DNA of 64,000 bases, from the NCBI GenBank assembly GCA_016699385.1, contig CP064974.1, forward strand, positions 339,042 to 403,041, given 5' to 3'. Positions 20,274 through 29,767 of this stretch are shown here, one piece after another. The DNA comes from Candidatus Moraniibacteriota bacterium (lineage in GTDB: Bacteria > Patescibacteriota > Minisyncoccia > Moranbacterales > UBA1568). Every line of letters starts with the position of its first letter. Position 1 is the stretch's first letter. The position numbers were made by a program, and so were the translations under genes. The notes beneath the pieces are model-generated. The model was not told the origin of the DNA, did no database searches, and was given only the letters and a program-made list of their open reading frames with translations.

Positions 20274-21068
20274 GTGAGGAGATTGAAAATGAAAATGGTA
20301 CTGATTATTCTATTGGTCTTGCTGGGCGGTTGCTCAGCGATACCAGCGAAAGACTTCCTTGGTATTACAGGAAAGGAAGATGTGCCGGAACGTCCCATAG
20401 AAGCGGTGTCCATGCAATTTCCAGGGCAGGTTTCTGATGTTGATGGGTATAAAATCCCTATTCCGCCCGAGTGGCAGGAACGGGATGTTGTCTGTCGGAC
20501 ATTCGAAAACTTTGAAGGGAAAGATGCTGAAGTATGTCGAAAGACATCGCGAGTCTTTGTGGATGGTGCCAAATGCTCTGCTTTTATAGCGGATGGATAT
20601 TGGTATGTGTTTCTTCCGAGAGGAAGGAATTTCAGCATACTTGTTTTCCCTGCAGCTAAAGGAGGGACGAGTGAGAATAATAAGCCGTTCATTGTGAGAA
20701 AAGAGGTTGTGCATAAACTCGACTCAAAGGAGATTCGAGAGGTGTATAATCATGTTGCAGACACGTTTCCGTACCAATCGAAACCGATAGAGGATTCGGG
20801 TGTTTCATTGCTCTTTGGGCAAGATGCCCTTGAAGTTCTATCGGTTCCTGCGCTCACTACAGCAAAGGAACGTATGGCTTATTGTGGGCTCGCTTCCGTA
20901 TCAAGCACCGAGATTATCGGTTTGATGCATGCTAATCCAATGGCGGCAATCCCAAAAGCATGGGCTGCCATTTGTTCCGTGTTGACGGAGCCAAACCTCC
21001 TCGTAAAAGAGGAGACATCTCGAAAAGTCCAAAGCGACGAAGGCATCGCCTTCACTGGAGACAGGTAA
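20274..21068 (+). CDS. Lipoprotein, function unknown
   Basis: Signal peptide with lipobox (LLGGCS). No recognisable domain. The stop overlaps the start of the next gene (TAATG). Confidence 0.5.
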   Translation: MRRLKMKMVLIILLVLLGGCSAIPAKDFLGITGKEDVPERPIEAVSMQFPGQVSDVDGYKIPIPPEWQERDVVCRTFENFEGKDAEVCRKTSRVFVDGAKCSAFIADGYWYVFLPRGRNFSILVFPAAKGGTSENNKPFIVRKEVVHKLDSKEIREVYNHVADTFPYQSKPIEDSGVSLLFGQDALEVLSVPALTTAKERMAYCGLASVSSTEIIGLMHANPMAAIPKAWAAICSVLTEPNLLVKEETSRKVQSDEGIAFTGDR

Positions 21069-22909
21069 TGAACGTGAAAAAGGTTATCGCAGTACTGTTT
21101 ATGGTACTTGCGTGGTGTTTATCGGACGTTGCGTATAGCGAGACGATTACCGTCAAGCAAGGCGACACGCCATCTGATCTTGCCGCGAAATATTGTGGTG
21201 GTGCGAAGAACTGGAAACAACTCTGGAGTGGTGATGCTCGGAAACTTCCAGTGGGAGAAGTCATCGCGCTTCCAAAGGAATGTGGAACGACGCGTCATGA
21301 AGAAGAACCTTCTTTGACGCCGACAGTTGAAGGGAAAAGTGGCGCTCGGGTATTTAAGCATCCGGGAGCAAAGCCGCTTTGCCCGACATTCAAGAAAGAT
21401 CCTGAGAGTTGTCGAGAAGTCTTTGATAAGGCTCTCGCGCAGAATGGATTTGAAGAGAAGGAGAGAGCTGCGATTGTTAAAAGAATCGTGACTGGCGATA
21501 CTACGGACGCTGCCCGTCCCAACGGATATATTTGGGACCGCTTTATAAGTGGCAAGGGCGATGTGTGGGGAACGACCGAAATTGGTGTTCCTGGTGGAAA
21601 TGTCGCTATCAAGGTATGTCCGCCGATTGGGAAGAAGCAGGTAGATGTCGTGGTTGCCTGTGGCAATCTTGGCATCAACACCGTGATTGTTCCGGAGCCA
21701 GTCGTTCCAAAGCAGTCGGAAGTTGTTCAGTCGCCACCGCAACGCGGATGCAAGTTGGACTGGCTCTTGATGGGTCAGTATGCTCGCGGCCGGGACATGC
21801 GAAATGTTTCCGGTAAAGGACAGGCAACTTGTCAGTTTCAAATCGACGAGCATTGGTCGGACGGACCGCTCGTGACGGGAGGTATCTCTCGCTATCATGG
21901 AGGATCATGGGCGGAACCATCGTGGTTTGTGGGGCTCGGCAATCGTGTGCAGGGCCGTGGAGTATGGGGTGTTGACCAAGTGGAATTGGACACTTCACTC
22001 GCATATGCGACGACGCGCGGTGGAGATGGCATGGATGTTCGGAAGCCACCCATTAGCGGGCTGGATTTCTTGCTCAACATTAATGTCAAGAAGTATTTCC
22101 CGCTTAGCGGCGAAAAGGATGATGATCGAAAGAAAGGCGCTGCTTCTGCGGATAATACGCCCGTTTCGGCGGAAGACATTTCGTTTTCGTTTATTAGCGG
22201 GGATCCGAAGGAGCAGGCAGTAATAAGTGATCGCGTGTTGGCGGAATTTTCTCTTTATGGGACATTCCCGCTTACGCATAAGTCCGGTCCGGTGTATTGG
22301 AGGGATAGGATTGTTGATTCCGACAGTCGCCACCGAGTTCTCGGGGCTTCTGCACGGCTCGGGTGGGAGCTTGAGGGCGTAAATTTCGTTCCCGAGGTAG
22401 AATTCGGGATATGGAACACTAGTGGCATTCAGCATCCCTGGGGCGTTGAAGGCACTGTCGGTGTAGCTACGAGGGATAGGTTTTTCCGAGTGCATGCCGG
22501 CATTGGTTCTGTCCTTGGCGCAACCGACGGAGTGTACGGGGTTGTAAAAGCTGAAATAAATGGAGGAGGCAAGTGGCTATTTGAGAGCTCCAAGAAATCT
22601 GTTAACGCTCTCACGGTAGGTGCAACGGATTCTCGCATCGCTCTTGGTTTGGATGCTCAGCCGAATCCTTCAATCACAACATCTCGGGAGATAAACCTCA
22701 AGAAGGCAGTAGAAGTGCCCAAGGGGGATGTCCCTCGGATGGCGGTATCAAATCCGATTCAGAAGGCGCAACAAGAAATTGCTCCGTCTTCCGGATTTAA
22801 CAATAAGTCTGGCGCAACAACGCGTGTTGCTACAAAGGGAAACGCTTCAGTTTCCACTGCGCCTATTTCTGCTCAAGCAACTCCTTGGGAGAATAGCTGG
22901 AACGGATAA
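21068..22909 (+). CDS. Secreted protein with an N-terminal LysM-like module and a large beta-rich C-terminal domain
   Basis: Signal peptide (MNVKKVIAVLFMVLAWCLSDVAYS), then a LysM-like stretch (TITVKQGDTPSDLAAKY...). The rest is Gly/Trp-rich and uncharacterised. The ORF track begins at 20960, but a signal-peptide-bearing ATG at 21068 is the likelier start. Confidence 0.5.
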   Translation: MNVKKVIAVLFMVLAWCLSDVAYSETITVKQGDTPSDLAAKYCGGAKNWKQLWSGDARKLPVGEVIALPKECGTTRHEEEPSLTPTVEGKSGARVFKHPGAKPLCPTFKKDPESCREVFDKALAQNGFEEKERAAIVKRIVTGDTTDAARPNGYIWDRFISGKGDVWGTTEIGVPGGNVAIKVCPPIGKKQVDVVVACGNLGINTVIVPEPVVPKQSEVVQSPPQRGCKLDWLLMGQYARGRDMRNVSGKGQATCQFQIDEHWSDGPLVTGGISRYHGGSWAEPSWFVGLGNRVQGRGVWGVDQVELDTSLAYATTRGGDGMDVRKPPISGLDFLLNINVKKYFPLSGEKDDDRKKGAASADNTPVSAEDISFSFISGDPKEQAVISDRVLAEFSLYGTFPLTHKSGPVYWRDRIVDSDSRHRVLGASARLGWELEGVNFVPEVEFGIWNTSGIQHPWGVEGTVGVATRDRFFRVHAGIGSVLGATDGVYGVVKAEINGGGKWLFESSKKSVNALTVGATDSRIALGLDAQPNPSITTSREINLKKAVEVPKGDVPRMAVSNPIQKAQQEIAPSSGFNNKSGATTRVATKGNASVSTAPISAQATPWENSWNG

Positions 22910-23149
22910 ATCACAGTAAAAAGAACGCCAGAATGGGAATCCATTCAAGGCAATTCAAAAATCCTTGTCTAAACTTGACAAAAAACTCGGGCTGTGCTAA
23001 CTATAACTAGTTAGAACTTCAGCCCCCTTAACAGAATTTTCAATCGTATCATCGATTGACGGTTCTGCAGAGGAATGATTGCAAAGGATTGTTGTTTAAA
23101 AATTATTTTCTTTTTTCTTTTTCCACGGCATTCCTAAAAGGAGGAAGCC

Positions 23150-23668
23150 ATGAAGAAAAATATGTTGGTAGTTGCCACCACCGCCACCTGTCTTTGTTTC
23201 GGTCTCGTCACATCCGTTTTTGCGGAGCCGAGCTGCAAGATTGTCACAAATGGCAGTCAGGTCACGGTAGCAATTTCGGATACAGGTGTCGTGTGGTCGG
23301 ATGGACAAAAGCCGCCCCAAGGGTGGGTTTCCTATCCAGGAACTGGTCGTGCGGGCGACATAGCCGCAAGCTGCTCCGACAACGGGGCGAAGTGCGCCGC
23401 TGCCAAATGGTATCTGCGTTTCGCTGATGCCAGTCAGGGCTGGCCGGTTCTCGATTCCGACTCTCGGGTAGTGAAATGCGTCTATAACAACGGCGCAATT
23501 AGCTGTCACTTCACCCTAACCAGTAACATGAAGACTTCGAATGGTCAGGGGCGTATGCACTATGCCGCCAAGATAGGTGACCAGGTGGTTGCGGGCTATC
23601 AGCCGCAGTCCGGATGCGCCGTCGACAAGGAAAGCATCGGCGGTCATCCTCACACCGTGATCAAGTAA
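23150..23668 (+). CDS. Small secreted cysteine-rich protein
   Basis: Strong Shine-Dalgarno (AAAGGAGGA) 7 nt upstream. Signal peptide, then a 10-Cys mature region with no known domain. Confidence 0.5.
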   Translation: MKKNMLVVATTATCLCFGLVTSVFAEPSCKIVTNGSQVTVAISDTGVVWSDGQKPPQGWVSYPGTGRAGDIAASCSDNGAKCAAAKWYLRFADASQGWPVLDSDSRVVKCVYNNGAISCHFTLTSNMKTSNGQGRMHYAAKIGDQVVAGYQPQSGCAVDKESIGGHPHTVIK

Positions 23669-23738
23669 CAACGTTTGGTCCTAAGCCTCGAAGAGAAAGT
23701 AAACGCAATGCGTTTATGAGTATCTTCGGGGCTGTTTT

Positions 23739-25124
23739 TTATGCGATCTTTGAAAGAGATTCTTTGTCCATGAGAATATTCTTGAGTCCCAAGAAAGTGC
23801 CAAATAGTATGAAAAATACCCATTGAATGGGAGTATTTTTGTATATATTGTCGGAAAGTGATGCTATCAATATTGTGCTAGCATAAAAAGAGAAAACGAT
23901 AGCGATATCTTTGTAGGGTTTTGGAAGTGTGAAAAGCTTGCGTATTTCTTGTGCAAGGAGAGTGAGGTACATGATAAATATGGAGAGTCCAAGCCATCCG
24001 TCTTCAACAAAGAATTTTACGAAGTCGTTGTGGGAATCGGTACTTCCGAATTGGATGCCTCGTATTTTTTCGGCATACATGCTGAATGTGTCCGGTCCAA
24101 CGCCGAAATACTGCTTGCCGTCCATGCGGAGTTTTGCGGTAACATCGCTCCATATGCCTTCTCGCCAGGAAACGGAGCTGTCGGCGCTTGTCTGGAAACT
24201 TTCGAGTACGCGATTCTGAACCGAGGGAAGCGCTACGAGAAGAATTATCGGTATGATGATAAGTGGAAGAATGAGCGCTCGATAGCGCCAGAGAGCGAGT
24301 GCGAGCAAGAAAAGAAACAACGCGATCCATGCGACTCGGGTGTATGTGAGGATGAGAAGTGCCATGGAGGAAAGTAGGATTACGGGGAGCCAGAAGATTT
24401 CGAGAGCGTCTATTGCACTGTTTTTCTGGGTTGTTAAGGAAAGATTTTCTTTGAGAAAGTATATAAGGACAACGATGACTGAGAGAGAGTAGAGAAAAAT
24501 AGCAAGAGCATTCGGATGAGCGAATGTCCCGTAAATTCTGGGAATGCCAACGACATTGTCTGAGAGTCCAATCCCAAAAAATGCCTGACGAGTTGCTTCA
24601 AGCATTGGAATGATGCCGGACAATAGGAGAAGATATAGAACTTTCTTCACGTCTTTTAGAGAAGTCACAGATATGAAAGCAAGGAAGCTTATGGAAAAAA
24701 TGGAAATCAATCTCGCGATTTCTTGGACACTCGTGAGGGGGCTCATGCTCCATGGCGTGAGAATAATGTTCATGCCGATAAGCAAAGAAAAAGGTTTCCA
24801 AAGTACAAAGCGCACGAGCTTTTTGTTGTGGAGAATAAAAATAGCGATGCTTGCGAGAAGGAGGAATACGCCAAGCATCTGCGAGAGACTGAGGGATATA
24901 TCCTTGCCAACTGTCAGGAAGGTGTTCTCAGAAAGGTGATCGAGAGACATGCGAGTGACAAGGAGTATCCCCAAGAGAGCGATTGGTTGCCGAAGCGCAG
25001 AAAACGAAATGCAAGCAAGTGTTAGTGCTATTGAAAAAATAGGACTCTGGTTGAGAAAAGCGGTTGCGAAAAGGGAAAAGAAGAATACACTGAAACAGAA
25101 GAGAATTTTCTTTAGGGAAATCAC
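23739..25124 (-). CDS. O-antigen polymerase (Wzy)-like polytopic membrane protein
   Basis: 461 aa with ~11 TM helices and a large extracytoplasmic loop, within a cluster of glycosyltransferases. Confidence 0.55.
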   Translation of the reverse strand: MISLKKILFCFSVFFFSLFATAFLNQSPIFSIALTLACISFSALRQPIALLGILLVTRMSLDHLSENTFLTVGKDISLSLSQMLGVFLLLASIAIFILHNKKLVRFVLWKPFSLLIGMNIILTPWSMSPLTSVQEIARLISIFSISFLAFISVTSLKDVKKVLYLLLLSGIIPMLEATRQAFFGIGLSDNVVGIPRIYGTFAHPNALAIFLYSLSVIVVLIYFLKENLSLTTQKNSAIDALEIFWLPVILLSSMALLILTYTRVAWIALFLFLLALALWRYRALILPLIIIPIILLVALPSVQNRVLESFQTSADSSVSWREGIWSDVTAKLRMDGKQYFGVGPDTFSMYAEKIRGIQFGSTDSHNDFVKFFVEDGWLGLSIFIMYLTLLAQEIRKLFTLPKPYKDIAIVFSFYASTILIASLSDNIYKNTPIQWVFFILFGTFLGLKNILMDKESLSKIA

Positions 25125-25235
25125 AGCAGAGTATAGAATTCAATTTATACAGAAAGGATATATCATTTTCCAGTTTATTGCTACAATACACAGCATCTCT
25201 TCTATTTGTATAGTTTTGTCCAAAATCGCGGAGCA

Positions 25236-26456
25236 ATGAGAATACTTTTGATTCATAAACGCCATTTTCTGGCGGGAGGAGCGGAAAGAGCCTATCTTGA
25301 GATGGCGGATGTTTTGATGCGCGCGGGGCATGAGGTTGCGTTCTTTTCCATGAAACACCCTAAGAATCATCCAACACCCTGGGAAAAATATTTCGTTGAC
25401 ACAGTAGATTATCAGGATTCGTCGATGAATTTTCTTGAAAAAATCAGGACGGTTGGAAAGATATTGTGGAATCGGCAGGCAGAAAAGAATATGGAACGGA
25501 TTATCCTTGATTTCAAGCCGGATATTGCACATGTTCATAACATTTTCCATCAAATATCTCCTTCTATATTCCGTCCACTCAAAAAGGCACATGTCCCCGT
25601 CGTGATGACATTACATGACTACAAACTGATCTCTCCGAATTACTATTTATTCGTTCGTGGGCGCATATGGGATCCGAAACGAGGTTCCTTATGGAAGTGT
25701 GTCAGAGACCGATGCGTTAAAGATAGTATTTGGAAGAGTTTGGTTTGTGCTATTGAGGGTTTGTTTCATCGAAGTATTCGTGCATATGATTCTATCCAGG
25801 CATTCTTTTCTCCTAGCCACTTCCTTGTAGAGAAATTCCGCGAATATCAATTTTCGAAAGAAGTGCAGTACCTGCCTAATCCTTTAGTTCCATTTCCTGA
25901 TGATCTCTCGTTCCTGCCCCTATCCGACGAGGCTCCATTTGTTTTTATTGGACGCCTTTCTCCGGAGAAAGGCGTTGATACGATTCTTCGCGCTGTTTCT
26001 CTATCAAGGGATATTGCAAAGGTTCGCATCGTTGGAGATGGTCCAGAAATGGAGTCTCTCCAAAGGCTTGCACGAGATCTTGGTGTGGAACCGCGCGTGG
26101 AGTTTTCCGGGTATCTTTCTGGAGAAGTGCTTGAAGAAGCAAGAAAGAATGCGCGAGCTATTATCATTACCTCTCTTTGGTATGAGAATATGCCATATGC
26201 GCTTACGGAGGCACTTGGCGCCGGTAAAGTTGTTATTGCTTCTCGTATCGGTGGAATTTCGGAACGAATCCAAGATAGTAAGAATGGATTTCTATTTCAT
26301 CCTGGCGACGAAAAAGAGCTTGCTGAAAAGATGCAATTAGCGAGCCGAGTCGATTCAGCTAAGATTGGTGGTCTTGCACGAGCATCTATTAGTGGTCTGC
26401 GCGAAGAAAAGTTTCTTGAAGAACTTCTCGCTGTGTACAGGCAGTTGGTTCCATAA
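25236..26456 (+). CDS. Glycosyltransferase family 4
   Basis: GT-B fold with the GT4 EX7E region (ITSLWYENMPYALTEALGAG). Start refined to the ATG at 25236 (MRILLIHK...). Confidence 0.8.
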   Translation: MRILLIHKRHFLAGGAERAYLEMADVLMRAGHEVAFFSMKHPKNHPTPWEKYFVDTVDYQDSSMNFLEKIRTVGKILWNRQAEKNMERIILDFKPDIAHVHNIFHQISPSIFRPLKKAHVPVVMTLHDYKLISPNYYLFVRGRIWDPKRGSLWKCVRDRCVKDSIWKSLVCAIEGLFHRSIRAYDSIQAFFSPSHFLVEKFREYQFSKEVQYLPNPLVPFPDDLSFLPLSDEAPFVFIGRLSPEKGVDTILRAVSLSRDIAKVRIVGDGPEMESLQRLARDLGVEPRVEFSGYLSGEVLEEARKNARAIIITSLWYENMPYALTEALGAGKVVIASRIGGISERIQDSKNGFLFHPGDEKELAEKMQLASRVDSAKIGGLARASISGLREEKFLEELLAVYRQLVP

Positions 26457-26501
26457 TGTTTTTGGGCTATCTTTTTAGAAAATCCATCGAAAGGAAAAAA
26501 T

Positions 26502-26527
26502 AAAACCGCCTGATGGCGGTTTTATTT
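26502..26527. terminator. Bidirectional rho-independent terminator between convergent genes
   Basis: Perfect hairpin aaaaccgcc-tgat-ggcggtttt with A and T runs on both sides. The minus-strand gene's stop codon lies within the stem. Confidence 0.75.
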
Positions 26528-27334
26528 GTGAATAGCTGTGTTTTGGATGGGGCTGTTTTTTCTATGGTAGACGTATGGATCTATTTGAAGTATGAGATGA
26601 ACCAGTGCTTCTTTTATGCAGAGGAGGGAATAGACGAAAACGTAGTTCCACGTTCGCCTCAATCTGCGTTGAGGTTGAAGCAAGAGTCGCCACAGCCATT
26701 CAAGACCGAACTTTCGGATGATGAATGGTGCTCGTTTCTGCTTGCCGGTAAGGAAGTCAAATGCCCCTCCTACTCCCATAGCAAGACAAACAGTGCTTCC
26801 GGGTATGCTTTGGAGTTGTGCCAGGGAAATTTCCTGAAGTCTTCCACCAAAATTGGAGAGAACGACGGAATGATTAGATGCCTTTCTCAACGATGTCTTT
26901 ATGGAAATCGGCGAATTTACTGAAACATCGGATCCGAACACTCGTAGTCTCGGAAATTTTTTCTTGATAGCAGACTTTGTTTCTTGAAAGGTGCTTAACC
27001 CACAACTATTGACCAAAAGAAAGACGGAAAGATTTGTATGCTCCGAGATTTCGAGTACGTACTCCATGAAGTCAGATCCGGGTACTCGTCCTTTGGGAAT
27101 TTTCCCTCTAAGAAGAAGAGGAATGTATATTCCAATCCCATCAATAGTCGAGAGGTCAGCATTATTAATGGCATCAAGGAATTCATTATCCCTCTGAGCC
27201 GTCATGATGAAATCGGGATTTATCGTGACAATCCGATGGAATTCCGTAGAACGCAAACTATTTTCTACGAAGCGCTTTGCTTCATCGATGGAGGTGTTCT
27301 GAATTGTGACGCCAAGGGCGCAAATACGGTCCAT
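26522..27334 (-). CDS. WecG/TagA/CpsF-family glycosyltransferase (GT26)
   Basis: 270 aa with family-typical blocks (TINPDF..., STIDGIGI, NFGGRLQE...). Consistent with UDP-ManNAc(A)/GlcNAc-type transferases acting on lipid-linked acceptors. Confidence 0.75.
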   Translation of the reverse strand: MDRICALGVTIQNTSIDEAKRFVENSLRSTEFHRIVTINPDFIMTAQRDNEFLDAINNADLSTIDGIGIYIPLLLRGKIPKGRVPGSDFMEYVLEISEHTNLSVFLLVNSCGLSTFQETKSAIKKKFPRLRVFGSDVSVNSPISIKTSLRKASNHSVVLSNFGGRLQEISLAQLQSIPGSTVCLAMGVGGAFDFLTGKQKRAPFIIRKFGLEWLWRLLLQPQRRLRRTWNYVFVYSLLCIKEALVHLILQIDPYVYHRKNSPIQNTAIHK

Positions 27335-27530
27335 ATGGTAACTTCAGTAAGTTCGAGAGCTGTATTGTTGCGAACGTATTAGTGTAGCAAAAATCAGGAT
27401 AATAGTCAAGTGGGCAGACGAGGTAAATAGTCGTGTTTTGTATGTATGCATTTTTTCATCCATTGACAAACCTGCTTTATTTTGCTATTGTTCACCGTTA
27501 ACTCTTTATGCCCTTCAGGGTCTGCGTTTT

Positions 27531-28481
27531 ATGAAGAATAATGTGAAATCATGGCTTATTGAAGCAGGAATATCGATTTTTATCGTAGGGACTATTGCGC
27601 TTCCGTTTTTTGGTTTTGCGCGAAGTGGTGACAAGATTTATGTAGACAAAGACGCTTCCGGTAGGGAAGATGGCTCGTCTTCGCATCCATACAAGACAAT
27701 TTCAAGCGGGCTTGATAAAGCAAGGGGTGGTGATGAGGTTATTGTGGCCTCCGGAACGTATAAGGAGCGAGTTACTATCCCGAGTGATGTGAAGCTCTCT
27801 GGCTCAGGACAGCAAAAAACTTTTATAAAATCCGATGACAAGGATGATGCTGTTGTGGAAATGAAAAGCGGATCAAAGCTATGGGGGTTTACTGTTGAAA
27901 ATGGGAGAATGGGGATTTATGTCAACAAAGATGCAAAGGTGGATATTGTAGGGTCTAGAATTCGTGACAATAGACATGAAGGTATCTTTGTGGAAAAAGG
28001 CGATCGAACCGATAGAAAGCTTGTGAGTATTTCAAAGGTTGAGATTATTGGTAACGGTTGGTCCGGAGTATATTCGAAGACGCGAAAAATTTCGATTACG
28101 GAATCCGACATAAAAGATAATGGTAAGAATGGCGTTGTATTCGAATCTGGTGTTCGTGCATGGATTGACAACAATTCAATTAGCGAGAATAAAGGATCTG
28201 GTCTTGTAATGAATCTTGATGGCGCCGATGTGACGGTTGCGAGCAAGAATACATTTCGCAAAAATGATCGTGAAGGAATCGAAGTGAGTTCGTATGGCAC
28301 AACGGGCACAATCGATATTAAGAAATCCCGTCTTTCAGAGAATGGGCACTATGGTGTCGCGAGAATTTCTCGGACGGCAAGTGCTTCCGTGTCGATATGG
28401 AACGGATTGGTGATTGAGGGAAATAATACTTTCTTCGGAAACGGTTTGGGGAATACGTCGCCAATTGTGAGAGGATTCTAA
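27531..28481 (+). CDS. Secreted right-handed parallel beta-helix repeat protein (NosD/pectate-lyase-like)
   Basis: N-terminal TM or signal anchor, followed by repeated ~22-aa beta-helix turns (I.DN...GI.V..., ENKGSGLVMN...). Start refined to 27531. Confidence 0.6.
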   Translation: MKNNVKSWLIEAGISIFIVGTIALPFFGFARSGDKIYVDKDASGREDGSSSHPYKTISSGLDKARGGDEVIVASGTYKERVTIPSDVKLSGSGQQKTFIKSDDKDDAVVEMKSGSKLWGFTVENGRMGIYVNKDAKVDIVGSRIRDNRHEGIFVEKGDRTDRKLVSISKVEIIGNGWSGVYSKTRKISITESDIKDNGKNGVVFESGVRAWIDNNSISENKGSGLVMNLDGADVTVASKNTFRKNDREGIEVSSYGTTGTIDIKKSRLSENGHYGVARISRTASASVSIWNGLVIEGNNTFFGNGLGNTSPIVRGF

Positions 28482-28564
28482 ATATCTGTCATCTGGTAAT
28501 TGCGTTCCTTACAAGACAAAAACAAAAACGAAAACGAAGGGGAAATTTCGTAACGACTTCTTGT

Positions 28565-29767
28565 ATGCGCATTGCGTTTATCGGGCAGAAAGGCATCCCA
28601 GCAAAATCCGGAAGTGTTGAGAAATATGTTGAGCGAATTTCGGTGCGCATGGCGGAGAAGGGTCATGATGTTTTTGTCTATGCGCGGGCGCACTATACCG
28701 ATCCGGAACTTCGTGCGTGGAAAGGGGTGCATATTATTCATGTACCGAGTATTCCAACGAAGCACTTGGATGCTATTTCGCATACCTTTTTTGCGACAGT
28801 GCACGCGCTTTTCCATCGTTACGATATCATTCATTATCAGGCGGTTGGACCGTCGATGCTCTCGTTTATTCCCGCAATGCTTTTGCGTCATGCGCAGGTA
28901 GTGTCTACCTTTCACTGTCGTGACTATTTTCATCAGAAGTGGGGGTGGATTTCACGGAGGGCACTTCGTTTTGGTGAGTGGGTTGCCTGTCGCGCTCCGA
29001 AGAAGACTATCGTTGTTTCGAAGGAGCTTCTCGAGTATACGAAGAAAAACTATGGCCGTCATGCGGAGTTTATTCCCAATGGGGCAAATATTTCCGAAAA
29101 GGCGATAGCGACAACACTTGGTGAATTTGGACTTCGTGAGGGTCGCTATGTGCTTTCGGTTGGGCGGCTCGTCGGACACAAAGGCGTGCACTATCTCATA
29201 AAGGCGTTTCTTGAGCTTGAGGATACGAACAAATTGCCGAATAATACGAAGCTTGTCATCGTCGGTTCGCATGCGAATACGAAGGACTACGAATCCTATC
29301 TCCATCTCATGGCGAAAGGACGAGAGAATGTTATCTTTCTCGGTGAACGCTTCGGACGAGAGCTCGAGGAATTGTTCTCGCATGCAGGACTCTTTGTGCA
29401 GCCGTCGGAATCCGAAGGCATGCCGATTGTTCTCCTCGAATCGATGGCACATGCCTTGCCGACACTGGCAAGTGATATCCGTGTGCATTGCGAAGTGCTC
29501 TCGGGTGTCGGGCTACTTTTTCAGAACAAGAACGTAGCAGACCTCCGTGACAAGATGGCCTTCCTCCTGAATGCGCCGGAAGAGGGGAGTCGACTTGGGG
29601 TTGCGGCGCAGAATCGTATTCGAAATGAATATTCTTGGGATGCTATTGCTGAGCGAACGTTATCTGTGTATGAGTCAATCCTGCCGCAGACGAAGAAGCT
29701 CAAGCGATTAAATTTCCGGAAGCGACTTCATGCTCAGCATATCCGTTCAATCGGAACCGAATTATGA
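28565..29767 (+). CDS. Glycosyltransferase family 4
   Basis: GT-B fold with the EX7E-like region (FVQPSESEGMPIVLLESMAHALP). Confidence 0.8.
   Translation: MRIAFIGQKGIPAKSGSVEKYVERISVRMAEKGHDVFVYARAHYTDPELRAWKGVHIIHVPSIPTKHLDAISHTFFATVHALFHRYDIIHYQAVGPSMLSFIPAMLLRHAQVVSTFHCRDYFHQKWGWISRRALRFGEWVACRAPKKTIVVSKELLEYTKKNYGRHAEFIPNGANISEKAIATTLGEFGLREGRYVLSVGRLVGHKGVHYLIKAFLELEDTNKLPNNTKLVIVGSHANTKDYESYLHLMAKGRENVIFLGERFGRELEELFSHAGLFVQPSESEGMPIVLLESMAHALPTLASDIRVHCEVLSGVGLLFQNKNVADLRDKMAFLLNAPEEGSRLGVAAQNRIRNEYSWDAIAERTLSVYESILPQTKKLKRLNFRKRLHAQHIRSIGTEL

Noticed and set aside
21119-21898. 259-aa minus-strand ORF
   Set aside because: Antisense within the 21068-22909 secreted-protein gene. The sense strand has the signal peptide and better coding features.
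28478-28933. 151-aa minus-strand ORF overlapping the start of the GT4 gene
   Set aside because: Overlaps the 5' part of the well-supported GT4 gene (28565-29767) on the opposite strand. No motifs.
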